Shown here piece by piece: positions 29,136 to 38,822 of a stretch of 64,000 nucleotides of DNA (position 1 is the stretch's first letter; each line of letters begins with the position of its first letter). The notes under the pieces were generated by a model. The model had not been told where the DNA came from. It ran no database searches and worked only from the letters and a program-made list of their open reading frames with translations. The stretch spans positions 20,435 through 84,434 of IMG/VR virus record IMGVR_UViG_3300012007_000013. One strand, given 5' to 3'. The DNA comes from a virus (Duplodnaviria; Caudoviricetes). A program made the position numbers and the translations under genes.

Positions 29136-29546
29136 TTAATTTACTGCTGCGTTTGTGAGTTTTGTTATCTTTATGTCTTTTCCGTACAAGGCTTTGAACA
29201 TTACTCGCTTCTCCTTGAACTCCGGCGTCTCAAATCCCTTGAAGTCCTCAACGACCTCTTCGCCTTTCTTGTTGACGTAGACAAAATCAGCCTCGTACCA
29301 ATGCTCTCTGTCGTAACGTTTGAGTTCTATCTCGCGTCCATCGGGAAGTCTGCGGATGTCAACCGTGCCTTTGGGGAACAGTGTGTACTTTACGTGGTAT
29401 CTGAGATTGGAGATTTCGCCAGCCTGCTCCATCATTTTAAGGAAATTGTGACGCAATGCTTCATGCTTACTGTCATACCGTATTCCGTCAACCTCAACTA
29501 TTTCGTTGTGGTATTTGCTCTTCGGCTTGTTGTACCAATGCGACAT
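29136..29546 (-). CDS. DUF1064-type PD-(D/E)XK endonuclease (resolvase-like)
   Basis: SKYHN...DGIRYDSKHEA...YEADFVY...VVEDFKG. Confidence 0.8.
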   Translation of the reverse strand: MSHWYNKPKSKYHNEIVEVDGIRYDSKHEALRHNFLKMMEQAGEISNLRYHVKYTLFPKGTVDIRRLPDGREIELKRYDREHWYEADFVYVNKKGEEVVEDFKGFETPEFKEKRVMFKALYGKDIKITKLTNAAVN

Positions 29547-29549
29547 TTC

Positions 29550-30354
29550 TTATTGTATTTTTACAGAAACTAATACTCCATTTTCTTCAACCAAGACATA
29601 GCCGTCAGGAATATCTATACTTAGATTACGCGGGGATTCTTCCGTATATGTGCTGTATGCGTCCTTCATGCAAATTGGAATATTGGTCATATTGTTGAAT
29701 TTTAAAAACTCACATTCTCTGCATCTTTTTGCTGCTCTGCGATTTCTGTATTTCTTGGGGCAACTTTTACTTGGTTTTATAAAATCATCATAAGGGTCCA
29801 TATCTTTTATTCTTTTACGAGTTCAACAAAATCGTTAATCGGCGCGTCCTTTGTCGGATGAATTTTAATCTTATTCTCGACGAACAATTTGTTCAGCACC
29901 TTGCGAATGTCCTTGTTTATCGCGCCGAGCAACTCGCCTTTTCTGACAAAGTTCGGTATGACGGTAGACTTTGCTTTCTCCGTCTGCATCGCGTCGAGTT
30001 TCAATGTGATGTATTGTTCAAGATTGGTCATTATCGTGAATTTAACGTAAACAAAAGTAAAGTTCTGTCCACGCCGCTTACATTTGAAATTTCACCGTAG
30101 TAATCAACGCAACCATCTTTGTTTACCTGTCCTATTATAATACCATCATCAGGTACGACACCCCATAAAAGAGACACTAGAACTACATGGCAAACTGTGC
30201 AATCCTTATTTTCTTGTATAAAAGACAAGACTGTTTCGTGGTCACGTGTAGTAAATCTTTCTTTTACAAACATATTCCATTCGGAAATGTCATATAGCCC
30301 TTTTGTTTTTTGTTTGACAATAGAAACAATTTCATTTAATGTCTTTATATTCAT
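29550..30354 (-). CDS. three small hypothetical proteins (29550-29801, 29807-30031, 30031-30354)
   Basis: Closely packed, co-oriented ORFs. Confidence 0.55.
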
Positions 30355-30365
30355 ATTGTTAATAA

Positions 30366-31121
30366 TTAGAAGTTGTCACTTTCTACCTCAAATGTATCTC
30401 CGCTGTGAGCCACTGACACTTTCACGAGAGGCAGTGCGTCTTGAACAGACTTCAATGCAAAGTCCTCGTTTATGTTTTGGTGACTGAGATGTATTAGGAT
30501 TATCTGCTTTGTGCTGATTGACGAGTTGCGTCTGCAGAAGTCGATGCAGTCTTCAAGTCCCATGTGGTTCTCGGGGTGGCTCCGGCTCTGTTCCGCGTTG
30601 ACAAAGTTGTCGATGAGCGTGTCGTCATCGTGGTTGCATTCGACCATTATGCAGTCGATGTCCTTGAAGTTGTACTGACACCCCATAGCGTCCGTGACGA
30701 ACACAATGCGTTCCTTTGTCGGCGTTACTATCAGAAAGCCGTAATTTGGCACGTTGTGGGCGACTTCGAACGGCTGGACGACAAATCCTCCGACGAACGT
30801 CTTTTGAGCCATAGGAAGCGGCTTTATGCCCTTAATCGAGCCTTCTTTTAGCAGTTCCTCGTAGACTTTCTCGCCGCAGAACACTGGGATACCTCGTCTG
30901 ATAAACTCTTTTGCGGTGGACTTGTTTAAATGGTCTGTGTGCCTTGGTTTTATTCACCAGTGCGAGGCGATACAGCCCCGCACCGATGCAAAGTCCTCCA
31001 TATTTAATGTATAATCCATCATTTTCATTCCGAGTTCCACAATCAAACATTGATTGTTAGAGCGTAGCAAAAATCCGTTTCCTGTGCTACCAGTGTTTAC
31101 TACCTTGATACTTGTTCCCAT
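30366..31121 (-). CDS. MBL-fold metallo-hydrolase (putative exonuclease) with in-frame TGA in the HxHxDH motif
   Basis: ATG 31121 MGTSIKVVNTGSTGNG...; SH[W*IKP]RHTDH; downstream H.V, FVTD, ECNHD, HM and LIHLS motifs intact. Confidence 0.75.
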
Positions 31122-31681
31122 ATAAATCCTCCCGCTTGTTTTCTGATGTGTCCTGGGCAGAACTCTTCTTTACCTGCCACCTGTTTTATATTTCTTGCAC
31201 ATACACCGGTTGCCCTACTCGCTTCCGCTGCATTTTCATACATTGCGATAAAGTTGCCTTGCAAGTCCTTTTGAATGATTTTTTGCGGTCTTACATACTT
31301 ATTGTAATAGTTCATTCCTTTTACGTCCCTCGAATCAATATCTTTTTTATAGTGTTCTTCTGCGGATACAAGTTCAAGATTTTCAACGCAATTATTTTGC
31401 TTATTATGGTCTTTATGGTGAATGTGCCATTTGTGTCCTCTTGGTATTTCTCCAACAAAATGTTCATAGACTAATCTGTGTATCCTTGTGTATTTAACCT
31501 TCCCCATCCATTGAAGAATCACGGAAAAATATCCGCCTTTTGCATTTACATTTGGCAAGACACGCCATTCTGTGATTCTTTGAGTGGGGTTCCTTCTTTT
31601 TTTACACGATAGAAGAGTGCCTTTATCGCCTATCCGATAGACACCTTCAAACCCTTTAATATCTACAAATTTTTCTTCCAT
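31100..31681 (-). CDS. NUMOD4-HNH-NUMOD1 homing endonuclease
   Basis: FVDIKGFEGVYRIGDKG, IHRLVYEHF, IHHKDHNKQNNCVENLE, YENAAEASR. Confidence 0.88.
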   Translation of the reverse strand: MEEKFVDIKGFEGVYRIGDKGTLLSCKKRRNPTQRITEWRVLPNVNAKGGYFSVILQWMGKVKYTRIHRLVYEHFVGEIPRGHKWHIHHKDHNKQNNCVENLELVSAEEHYKKDIDSRDVKGMNYYNKYVRPQKIIQKDLQGNFIAMYENAAEASRATGVCARNIKQVAGKEEFCPGHIRKQAGGFIWEQVSR

Positions 31682-31682
31682 A

Positions 31683-31802
31683 TTATTCGTTTTTATAGTC
31701 CATCATTTTGCACCCAAGTTCGAGCACAAGAGCCTGACCGCCGCTTTCGAGAATGTAGCCGTTCGCAGATGAAGATGAAGAGCAAACGTGAATAGTGGTC
31801 AT
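31683..31802 (-). pseudogene. orphaned original N-terminus of the MBL hydrolase (39 aa)
   Basis: MTTIHVCSSSSSANGYILESGGQALVLELGCKMMDY aligns with residues 1-37 of 30366..31121. Confidence 0.75.
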
Positions 31803-31822
31803 ATTATCGTTTCATAGTATAG

Positions 31823-32502
31823 TTAATACGTCTCGTGCATATAGTCGCCTGCTTTTATTTCAGAATTTTCATCTTCTGAGCACTCTATAAATTCAGGAAC
31901 TTGTGCTTCAAAAGTATCGTATAGAATCCAAATATTCTTTTCTTGGTCAAAACCTTGCAGGATTTCTATTAATTCTTTTACTTTCATAACTTATAATTTT
32001 ATTCCGTAGTATTTTATTTTGAATTTAATAATATTGCTATATATATCAAACTTGTTACGTAGGCGCTCATCATTGACAAAAACGCAAAAATTGCAGTTAT
32101 GTCAAGTATACAAATATCCCTTACTTGTACTCCGAAAAGAGAAAAAGATGGTAATAAAATCGCTTGCCCTGCTTGTGGGAACGCAAATATAAATAATAAA
32201 AGAAGTACAAAAAAAGCAATAAACGAAACAAAGAAACCGATTAAACAATCTTCTATTTCATCTCGAAACTTTAATTCTTCATTCCCCATAATACTCATTT
32301 ATTTTTGATTAAACAGTTTTTCAAGTTCTTCCTGCAACAAGTCGAACGCTTCTTGGTCGCAGATGTGCTCGTATGCCTCCCTCCATTCCATCGCCCTGTC
32401 GTGGAAATAGGCACCGTCGGCGAAATAAACGCTTTGCGCCATAGCACGGATTATCTCCGTGTCATTCGCAGTTACCTTTTGATGTGCTTCTACCTCTTTC
32501 AT
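31823..32502 (-). CDS. three small proteins (31823-31987; membrane protein 32014-32298; 32299-32502)
   Basis: Co-oriented short ORFs; the middle one is hydrophobic and AT-rich. Confidence 0.5.
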
Positions 32503-32594
32503 TGTCTTTTTGACTTAGTGCCCGTGGGTTTGTCTCCTTGCCCACGGGCTGTTGGCTGTCCAGAGCCTCCTTTGTATAGTTGGCGAACCTCGGG

Positions 32595-33356
32595 TTATTC
32601 GATGACTTTCACCTCTTCGATTGGGTGTTCTCGCGCCCACTCCATTTTGAGGTCGTTCATACGGCGTTCGATGTCGTGCTGACGTGCGGTGTGTGCGTCG
32701 CGCTGTCTGTTCACGGCTTCACGATAGCGGTCGTTTTCCTTTCGTTGATTCTCGACGTGTTCCTTGTTCAAGGCGTCAAGGGTTTCGCGGTTTTTTTTTC
32801 CGTTGTCCTGCTGCTCTTCGCGCAGTGATTGCATCTTTTGCAGATACTCTTCTCGGTTCATAATTCTGTTGATTTAATTGGTTTTTATTTCAATCTTCTT
32901 GAGTATTCTCTTGTACCACGGGAGGGCGTTGAATCGCTCTATCTCTTTGTGTTCTGTATCTCTTTGGTCATAAGCATCGTCTAACTGCTTGTTTAATTTT
33001 TTGATTTCATCGTTGAGTTTTTCAATTTTGCCATCTTTGTGACTGATTTCAGACAGAAGCCCTGCCTGTTCAGCATTTGGGTTTATTATACACCCAATGC
33101 TTTCAGTAAGGCATTCTTTTTCTCCCGTAATTGCATCAATCACTACTTTACACTTCTCGCGTGAAATAAATGCCGGAATATTTTTTAATTGTGAGATAAT
33201 AATCCCCATCGTCTTTGCGTTGCAAGTGAAGTTGCCGTACATCTTAACGTACTGCTCACCGTCAACCCAAACACCTTTGTTGCTTTCAACAACAAGTTTG
33301 CCGTCATCGTTGAAGTAGAAGTACTGCGGGCGCTGTTCTTGTTTTTTTTCTTCCAT
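32595..33356 (-). CDS. two hypothetical coiled-coil proteins (32595-32861, 32874-33356)
   Basis: ORFs with charged heptad patterns. Confidence 0.6.
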
Positions 33357-33381
33357 TTCGATATGTTTTTAGTTTGTCTTG

Positions 33382-33464
33382 TGCCACAGGCCGGACTCGA
33401 ACCGACATCGGACGCGGGGCGTCATTTTACCAACTGACCAATAGGGTCATTAAACTACGGTGGC
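33382..33464 (-). ncRNA. atypical tRNA-like element
   Basis: Acceptor stem GCCACCG/CTGTGGC (6/7), T-arm GTCGG-TTCGAGT-CCGGC, D-arm with a 15-nt hairpin insert, anticodon arm GACGC-CCC-GCGTC; no encoded CCA. Confidence 0.6.
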
Positions 33465-33502
33465 AACCATCCCACGTTTCACACTGGAGACGAGATTATA
33501 CT

Positions 33503-33835
33503 TTACTTGGATTTGAATATCGAGAAAATCCACTGAAGGAAATCCCATATCTCGTTGCGGTCATAAATCTTGTTTGCAGCGAGACCGCATCCAAGACCGA
33601 TGAGAACGGTCTTCACCCAGCCCTGCCAAGTGTCGATAGCACCACAGTCGGCGAAAAAGCCGAGTTGGAGGGCAAAGCCGATACAAGCAAGGGCGATTGA
33701 AAATACCCACGAAAGGATGAGTTTTGTCCGAGAGTTCTCGACCTTGAATAGGCGGAACAGTGCCTCATTGATGGTAATGACACCACCCACAAATGCTACG
33801 AACGTAGCGAACATTGTCATTAAAGTCGTTGCCAT
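33503..33835 (-). CDS. three-TM holin-like membrane protein
   Basis: 110 aa, three hydrophobic helices, GLG.GLAAN..YD motif. Confidence 0.55.
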   Translation of the reverse strand: MATTLMTMFATFVAFVGGVITINEALFRLFKVENSRTKLILSWVFSIALACIGFALQLGFFADCGAIDTWQGWVKTVLIGLGCGLAANKIYDRNEIWDFLQWIFSIFKSK

Positions 33836-33862
33836 AACTATGTATTTTTAATGGTTAATAAT

Positions 33863-34714
33863 TTACTTGTCGAACATTTCTGTCTGAGCCTTACCGTCGT
33901 TCTGCACAACCTCTCCTGTCTGCTCGTCCACGACCTCCGCCTCTTGGAAGTCCTGCGGCTCCGTCTCGACAGGCATTTCTCCGCCGTTGTCAACGTAGTG
34001 GACTTGAGGATTGTCCATATCTCCAGAGAGGGCGGCTTGGTCACGCTCGATAGCCATCTGCATTTCGAGCGACTTTGGTAAATACTTGGTAATCAGATGT
34101 TTAAGCACAGATTTGAGCGCCATGCTATTAAAGTCATCTTTCCAAAGGCCGTAGCCCCGCTTGAATGTTTGCGAGAAACGGAGTCCGTGCTGTTTGCACT
34201 TCTCAACGTCCCAAAAGACGTATTTTTCAAAACCGTTGGAAAGTTTTGCGTAGGCGAGGTAGCCGATAATCTTGTCAGACTTGCGTTTTGTTTCGTCGAA
34301 CACGTACTCATCGGTGAAACGGTTGTGTGACACAAGTTCGCCCTCATAGACAATCTCGTTTGCGAGGCGGACAACCTGACCGCTACGTTGAGCGAGTTCT
34401 ACCCACCCCGAGCGCATAATTTGGCAAGTCGCTGTGCACGAGCCGGTTTTATTGTCTTTGAACGGGATTATTGCTGCATAGCCGAGGTTAGGATTGATAG
34501 GCAAATCCAAGGCAGCGGCGGTTGCTGCGGCAAGAATGATAGAGTTGACGTCTGCTTTTTTGAGCAGGTCGTTGTTGCTCACCACATTGGTGATAGAGGT
34601 GATAAATCCGGGAGCACGTTTCCCGAGCATATCGGAAAATCTCTTTGCCACCGACTCGCTTGAAAGGGCGACTTTCAAGTCTTTTGCGTTGTTGTACTGT
34701 GCTACTTCGCTCAT
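33863..34714 (-). CDS. recT: RecT-family single-strand annealing recombinase
   Basis: L.INPNLGYAAIIPF, G.VELAQRSGQ, W..DF..MALKSV.K.L..KYLP.S.EMQ. Confidence 0.88.
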   Translation of the reverse strand: MSEVAQYNNAKDLKVALSSESVAKRFSDMLGKRAPGFITSITNVVSNNDLLKKADVNSIILAAATAAALDLPINPNLGYAAIIPFKDNKTGSCTATCQIMRSGWVELAQRSGQVVRLANEIVYEGELVSHNRFTDEYVFDETKRKSDKIIGYLAYAKLSNGFEKYVFWDVEKCKQHGLRFSQTFKRGYGLWKDDFNSMALKSVLKHLITKYLPKSLEMQMAIERDQAALSGDMDNPQVHYVDNGGEMPVETEPQDFQEAEVVDEQTGEVVQNDGKAQTEMFDK

Positions 34715-34715
34715 A

Positions 34716-35018
34716 CTATTTGATTTTTTCGTTTAACTTTTCTTTGATTGCTTTCACGTCCTCTGCGAGCTTGCAAGTTTCTTTCTTGACGGATGACGCG
34801 ACGGACGCAATTCGGTATTCGACGGTACGTCGGGCATTGTAACCGAACATCTTCTGTATCTCGTATATCTTGTACTCTCGGCTTGCGTAAAGCAAATACA
34901 TCAGTACGCTGTGTGCCGCCGAGAACGGATATGCTCGTTTCGAGGTGTCGTACAAATCTTCCTTGGAGACTTGGAAGTGCTCTGCCACTGCTTTTTCTAT
35001 GTATGTTTTATGTTTCAT
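34716..35018 (-). CDS. small HTH protein resembling the DnaA C-terminal domain
   Basis: I..AVAEHFQVS.EDL....R....AR-like pattern followed by an HTH. Confidence 0.4.
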   Translation of the reverse strand: MKHKTYIEKAVAEHFQVSKEDLYDTSKRAYPFSAAHSVLMYLLYASREYKIYEIQKMFGYNARRTVEYRIASVASSVKKETCKLAEDVKAIKEKLNEKIK

Positions 35019-35300
35019 AATTCGACTGCAAAATTACGAAGAAAAATTGAATACGCAAAACATTTTTCGCAAATTATTGAAAATATTTTCCAACCATCTG
35101 GTTTTCAACGCTAAGTTTTGTTCATTTTTCTTCTCCGGATAGTCTAAAAAGCAACTCTTCGTGTGCCTTTTCGGCACATTTCCTGCAATATGGGTGCGGC
35201 GGAATGTCGGGGTCTACGTTACATGGATACCATACTTCCGCTTGCTTCCCGCATTCGACGCACTTGTAGTCGGATGCTTTAATCTTCTTTTCCTTGCTCA

Positions 35301-35624
35301 TTATATATTGAGTGTTGCTTGGTTTTTGACTTTCTTTGTATACTTTTTCCGCTCGGTCTTCATAAACGGGCACAGCGTTCCGTGCAGGACGAAGTCTCGA
35401 CAGATGTCGATTGTGCGTTGGTTGATTGGCTCGTTCGAAAACATTCGCAGAACGATATCGCGTTGGATGGAACACTTCGGCATATTGTTCTTTGTGGAAT
35501 TCGTATACCGCATACCATCGTCTCTCGGTTCGCTAGACTTGATACATTTGTCGCAGCAGTATGCCTCAAATGCTCTGTGGTCGCTGCCGTTGCTGAACGG
35601 GTCTTGGTTTACAAGTTTCTTCAT
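35301..35624 (-). CDS. Cys-rich hypothetical protein
   Basis: 107 aa with C..C and C patterns. Confidence 0.55.
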   Translation of the reverse strand: MKKLVNQDPFSNGSDHRAFEAYCCDKCIKSSEPRDDGMRYTNSTKNNMPKCSIQRDIVLRMFSNEPINQRTIDICRDFVLHGTLCPFMKTERKKYTKKVKNQATLNI

Positions 35625-35805
35625 CTTCTGTATGTTTTATTCAATTCGTCGGCGTCATTAGAGCCTTGAATGTAACTTTGTTTAGCCACTTCTTGCATTG
35701 CTTCCATCTGTTCGTTTGTCATATCGAGGGCAACAGCGATTCTGAGTATCCAGTCGTGAATAGATTCTTTCTTTCGTTGTTTCAGATTTCGTTGCATATC
35801 AAGTA

Positions 35806-36894
35806 TCAGAATAGTTTTAATTGGTTTAACTCTGGTTCTATTCTTTTTCGTGCGATTTCTGCATATTCTGTGCTCAACTCCGAACCTATGAACTTCCTGT
35901 TTCCAAGTGAATGAATGACTGCAAGTGCGGTCGTTCCGGAGCCTAGAAAACAATCGTACACCACGCCGCCTTCGGGACAACCTGCGAGAATGCAAGGCAT
36001 TATCAGTTTCTCGGGATACATCGCACAATGCTCGATGTTGCTCGGCTGCGTATTAACAGACCAAACGTCACGTTTGTTTCGAACAACTCTTTCTGCTCCG
36101 TATCCGCCGCCGGGATTGTCACGTTGTCCTGTTTCTTGTGACCACTTTTGTGTCTGCGGTTTCCATTCTTTCCCCGACTTTGTAGCAAACTGCGGGTCGT
36201 CGTTATCGCCATATTTCTTTCCGCCAAATCTGATACCTGTAGAAATGCCATACTTTTCAGGCTCGCGCGACTGTTTTGTATCATAGTCAAACTCTCGTTG
36301 CCTGACTATACCGAACGGTCTGTTCTCGAAAGTCTTCGCAGGCTCTTGGATTGCCTGATAATCGAAGTAGTATTTCTCGTTCTTTGAAAAGAGAAAGATG
36401 TATTCGTGGGATTTGACGCAACGGTCGGTTACAGGTTCTGGCATTGCGTTCGCTTTATCCCAGATAATATCCTGACGGAGATAGAAACCGCACCTGTCAC
36501 GGAGGGCAAAGGCTAAAAGCTATGGGATACCGATAAGGTCTTTGTTCTTGCACCCGTTCCATCTTTCTTTCTTGAAACTATCAGTGTTTGCACTTTTCCA
36601 TTTCGGGTTGTCGTTTCCTGTTTTATTGCCGTTGTAAGTATCACCGATGTTTACCCATACGGTTCCTGTCGGTTTCAACACGCGATATACTTCGGCAAAC
36701 ACCTCGACAAGATTGTCTATATACTCGGTCGGGGTCTGCTCTCTGCCAATTTCCTTATCGCTATCTGTATAAAGACGCAAATTAAAGTAAGGAGGCGACG
36801 TGACGACACAGTCGATGCTATCGTCATCCATCCTTTTGAGCGTTTCGATACACGGCTCGTTGTATATTTTATTCAGTTCAATCATTGTTTTCAT
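35806..36894 (-). pseudogene. beta-class N4/N6 DNA methyltransferase interrupted by in-frame TAG
   Basis: VTSPPY in the 5' part and DCFLGSGTT in the 3' part; KDLIGIP*LLAFALR with TAG at 36520-36522 where W is expected; frame continuous. Confidence 0.8.
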
Positions 36895-37498
36895 TTTTGA
36901 TTATTTCAGAGAATACGCGAGCCTTGTACTCTTTGTAGACCGTGTCTTCGTCAGATGGCTGTGGTCTTCCCTGTTTCATTCTCTCTTGCGGAGTTCCAAA
37001 AGTCCTGCGTGCTTTCCGTATGCTGTATTGCTCGGCAGCATTTAGTCTGTTGTCCACATATTGGTTGAACCAGTCCATCACAGTTGCGCAACTGAGACGC
37101 TCGTACATTTTGCCGTACTTACCCAAACGAGCGTCGGTGAAAATGACCTTTATGTCAGCAAAGGTTATCATACCTCCGTATTCGGAGATGATGTTTTCGG
37201 CAGTAAAGAATATTTCCTCGTTGGACATACCTTCCTTGAGATGCAGAAATCTGTCTGTCGCGAAAAGCAGCATTGCGAGTGTTTTTTTCAAGTTTGCCCC
37301 ATCATCGTCGCTCTCTCTCTTGATACGGAGCAAGCATTTAACGGTGTCCGGGTTATCCGCTTGCAGGGCGACGCAATCTGACGGTGTTCTGACGGTGGCA
37401 AACTTATCATTGAGCCGAGCCATTACCGTAACGGCGTTCGAGTTCGTCAAAGAAAGACTGCTCGTCGTCGCGGGCGTTTTGGTGTTGTTGTCTTCCAT
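36878..37498 (-). CDS. replication-associated hypothetical protein (possible helicase loader)
   Basis: Directly downstream of the initiator; function inferred from synteny only. Confidence 0.45.
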   Translation of the reverse strand: MEDNNTKTPATTSSLSLTNSNAVTVMARLNDKFATVRTPSDCVALQADNPDTVKCLLRIKRESDDDGANLKKTLAMLLFATDRFLHLKEGMSNEEIFFTAENIISEYGGMITFADIKVIFTDARLGKYGKMYERLSCATVMDWFNQYVDNRLNAAEQYSIRKARRTFGTPQERMKQGRPQPSDEDTVYKEYKARVFSEIIKNENND

Positions 37499-38393
37499 TT
37501 TTCAGTTGCGAGTATATTTCGTTGAACTTTGAATTAATTACAGGTAGAGAGAAATTGTCGATTATCCATTTCTCGACCCTGCCGCTATTGAGTATTGCTT
37601 GGATAAATGCGTCAAAATTAAACGCTATGGCATCCTCATTGTTCTTGTCTTCCTCGGGTAACTTGCTTTTGATTTTGTCAATGATGTGTTTTATAGCATT
37701 AGCATCTTTCGCCTCGTAATAATACTGCTCTCCTTTTTTCTGCAAATAATGCTGCTCGAATGCAAGTCTGCACCGATGGATAATCGTGTATTTTTTTTCT
37801 TTTTTCTCTTTTATAACAGAAATATTTTTTTTCTTTCCTGCCGAAGCATTTTCGCTCGGCACGTCTACGATAGTAGACGTAACATTATTATTTGTGTTAT
37901 TAGTTGTATTGTTATATTGTTGGTATTGTTTGTCCGCTGGCGGAATATGGTCATCCGCTGGCGGAATGTCGATTTGGTCATCTGCGGAAAATGGGGTTTC
38001 TTTCTGCGGAAAATCCGTGTATGTTTCATATCCAAGTTCTTTCAAATACATAAAAAACTTGTCAGTGAATGAATACCAAACGGTTCTGTCAAATGGACTC
38101 TTATTGAAGTTTTGTTTCATAATAAGAGGCTCGTGTTTGGGCTTTACGTCCTTTTTGTCAGTGCCACCAGCGAGGTCGATAAGTATTCTTTTCACCTTAC
38201 TCTCACTCCAGAAAGGAAATTGTTTTGCGAAGGCAGTAAGGGAGTTATATGTCCAATACCTCCCGTCGTGATAATTCATATCATTGGTCGCATTGTGTTT
38301 TATCCAACCATAAATATTGGAAATTATTATCGCCTCCTCAAGGCTATATTTCTCGGCGATGCGAGCGTCAAAAATAATACCATTGTCTAACAT
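37407..38393 (-). CDS. phage replication initiator-like protein
   Basis: N-terminal winged HTH (GRYWTYNS...FPFWSESKVKRIL), internal DNA repeats, N/T-rich linker. Confidence 0.7.
   Translation of the reverse strand: MLDNGIIFDARIAEKYSLEEAIIISNIYGWIKHNATNDMNYHDGRYWTYNSLTAFAKQFPFWSESKVKRILIDLAGGTDKKDVKPKHEPLIMKQNFNKSPFDRTVWYSFTDKFFMYLKELGYETYTDFPQKETPFSADDQIDIPPADDHIPPADKQYQQYNNTTNNTNNNVTSTIVDVPSENASAGKKKNISVIKEKKEKKYTIIHRCRLAFEQHYLQKKGEQYYYEAKDANAIKHIIDKIKSKLPEEDKNNEDAIAFNFDAFIQAILNSGRVEKWIIDNFSLPVINSKFNEIYSQLKNGRQQHQNARDDEQSFFDELERRYGNGSAQ
37933..38014. repeat. iteron-like repeats, candidate origin of replication
   Basis: TCCGCTGGCGGAAT x2 (37933, 37954) and TCTGCGGAAAAT x2 (37981, 38003), next to an AT-rich tract at ~37885-37925. 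Confidence 0.6.
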
Positions 38394-38822
38394 AATAACA
38401 TCTCCTTAGACGTTTTCTTTCAAAAGAATATCCGCTATCTACTTTCGGCTTGCCCTCCGATTTTGATAGCGGATAATTCCTATATTTTCTGTTCGTTAAT
38501 GGTCGCTATTGGGCAAGACACGACCGACGAATTTCTTTTCATTGCCATAATAACGCGACAACTTTTCTTTTATTGTGTGCTGAAAAAAATTTTTCTAACT
38601 TTTTTCTATCCTCACCCTGACATAGTCCGTTGTCACGTCTTGGCATCTGTCTTGTACTTCTATGTTTTTCAGTCCAAGTTCGACTGCCTCGAGCCAAGCA
38701 AGGAAATGTACGCAGTCGTCGCGAAATTTACATTTTTCGCCCGTACAATGCAAATATTTGTGGTTAAACCTGTTAGCCATTTTCTTTTTTTAAAAAACGA
38801 TTACAAAGACACAAAACAATTC

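Noticed and set aside
32519-32550. GCCCGTGGG/CCCACGGGC hairpin as a terminator or mobile repeat
   Set aside because: Single copy with no U-tract in the direction of transcription; its function cannot be supported.
11050-36522. Genome-wide stop-codon reassignment (e.g. TAG=Gln as in some crAss-like and Lak phages)
   Set aside because: The three internal stops are all different (TAA, TGA, TAG), and each codon also terminates many normal genes; long ORFs are intact under the standard code.
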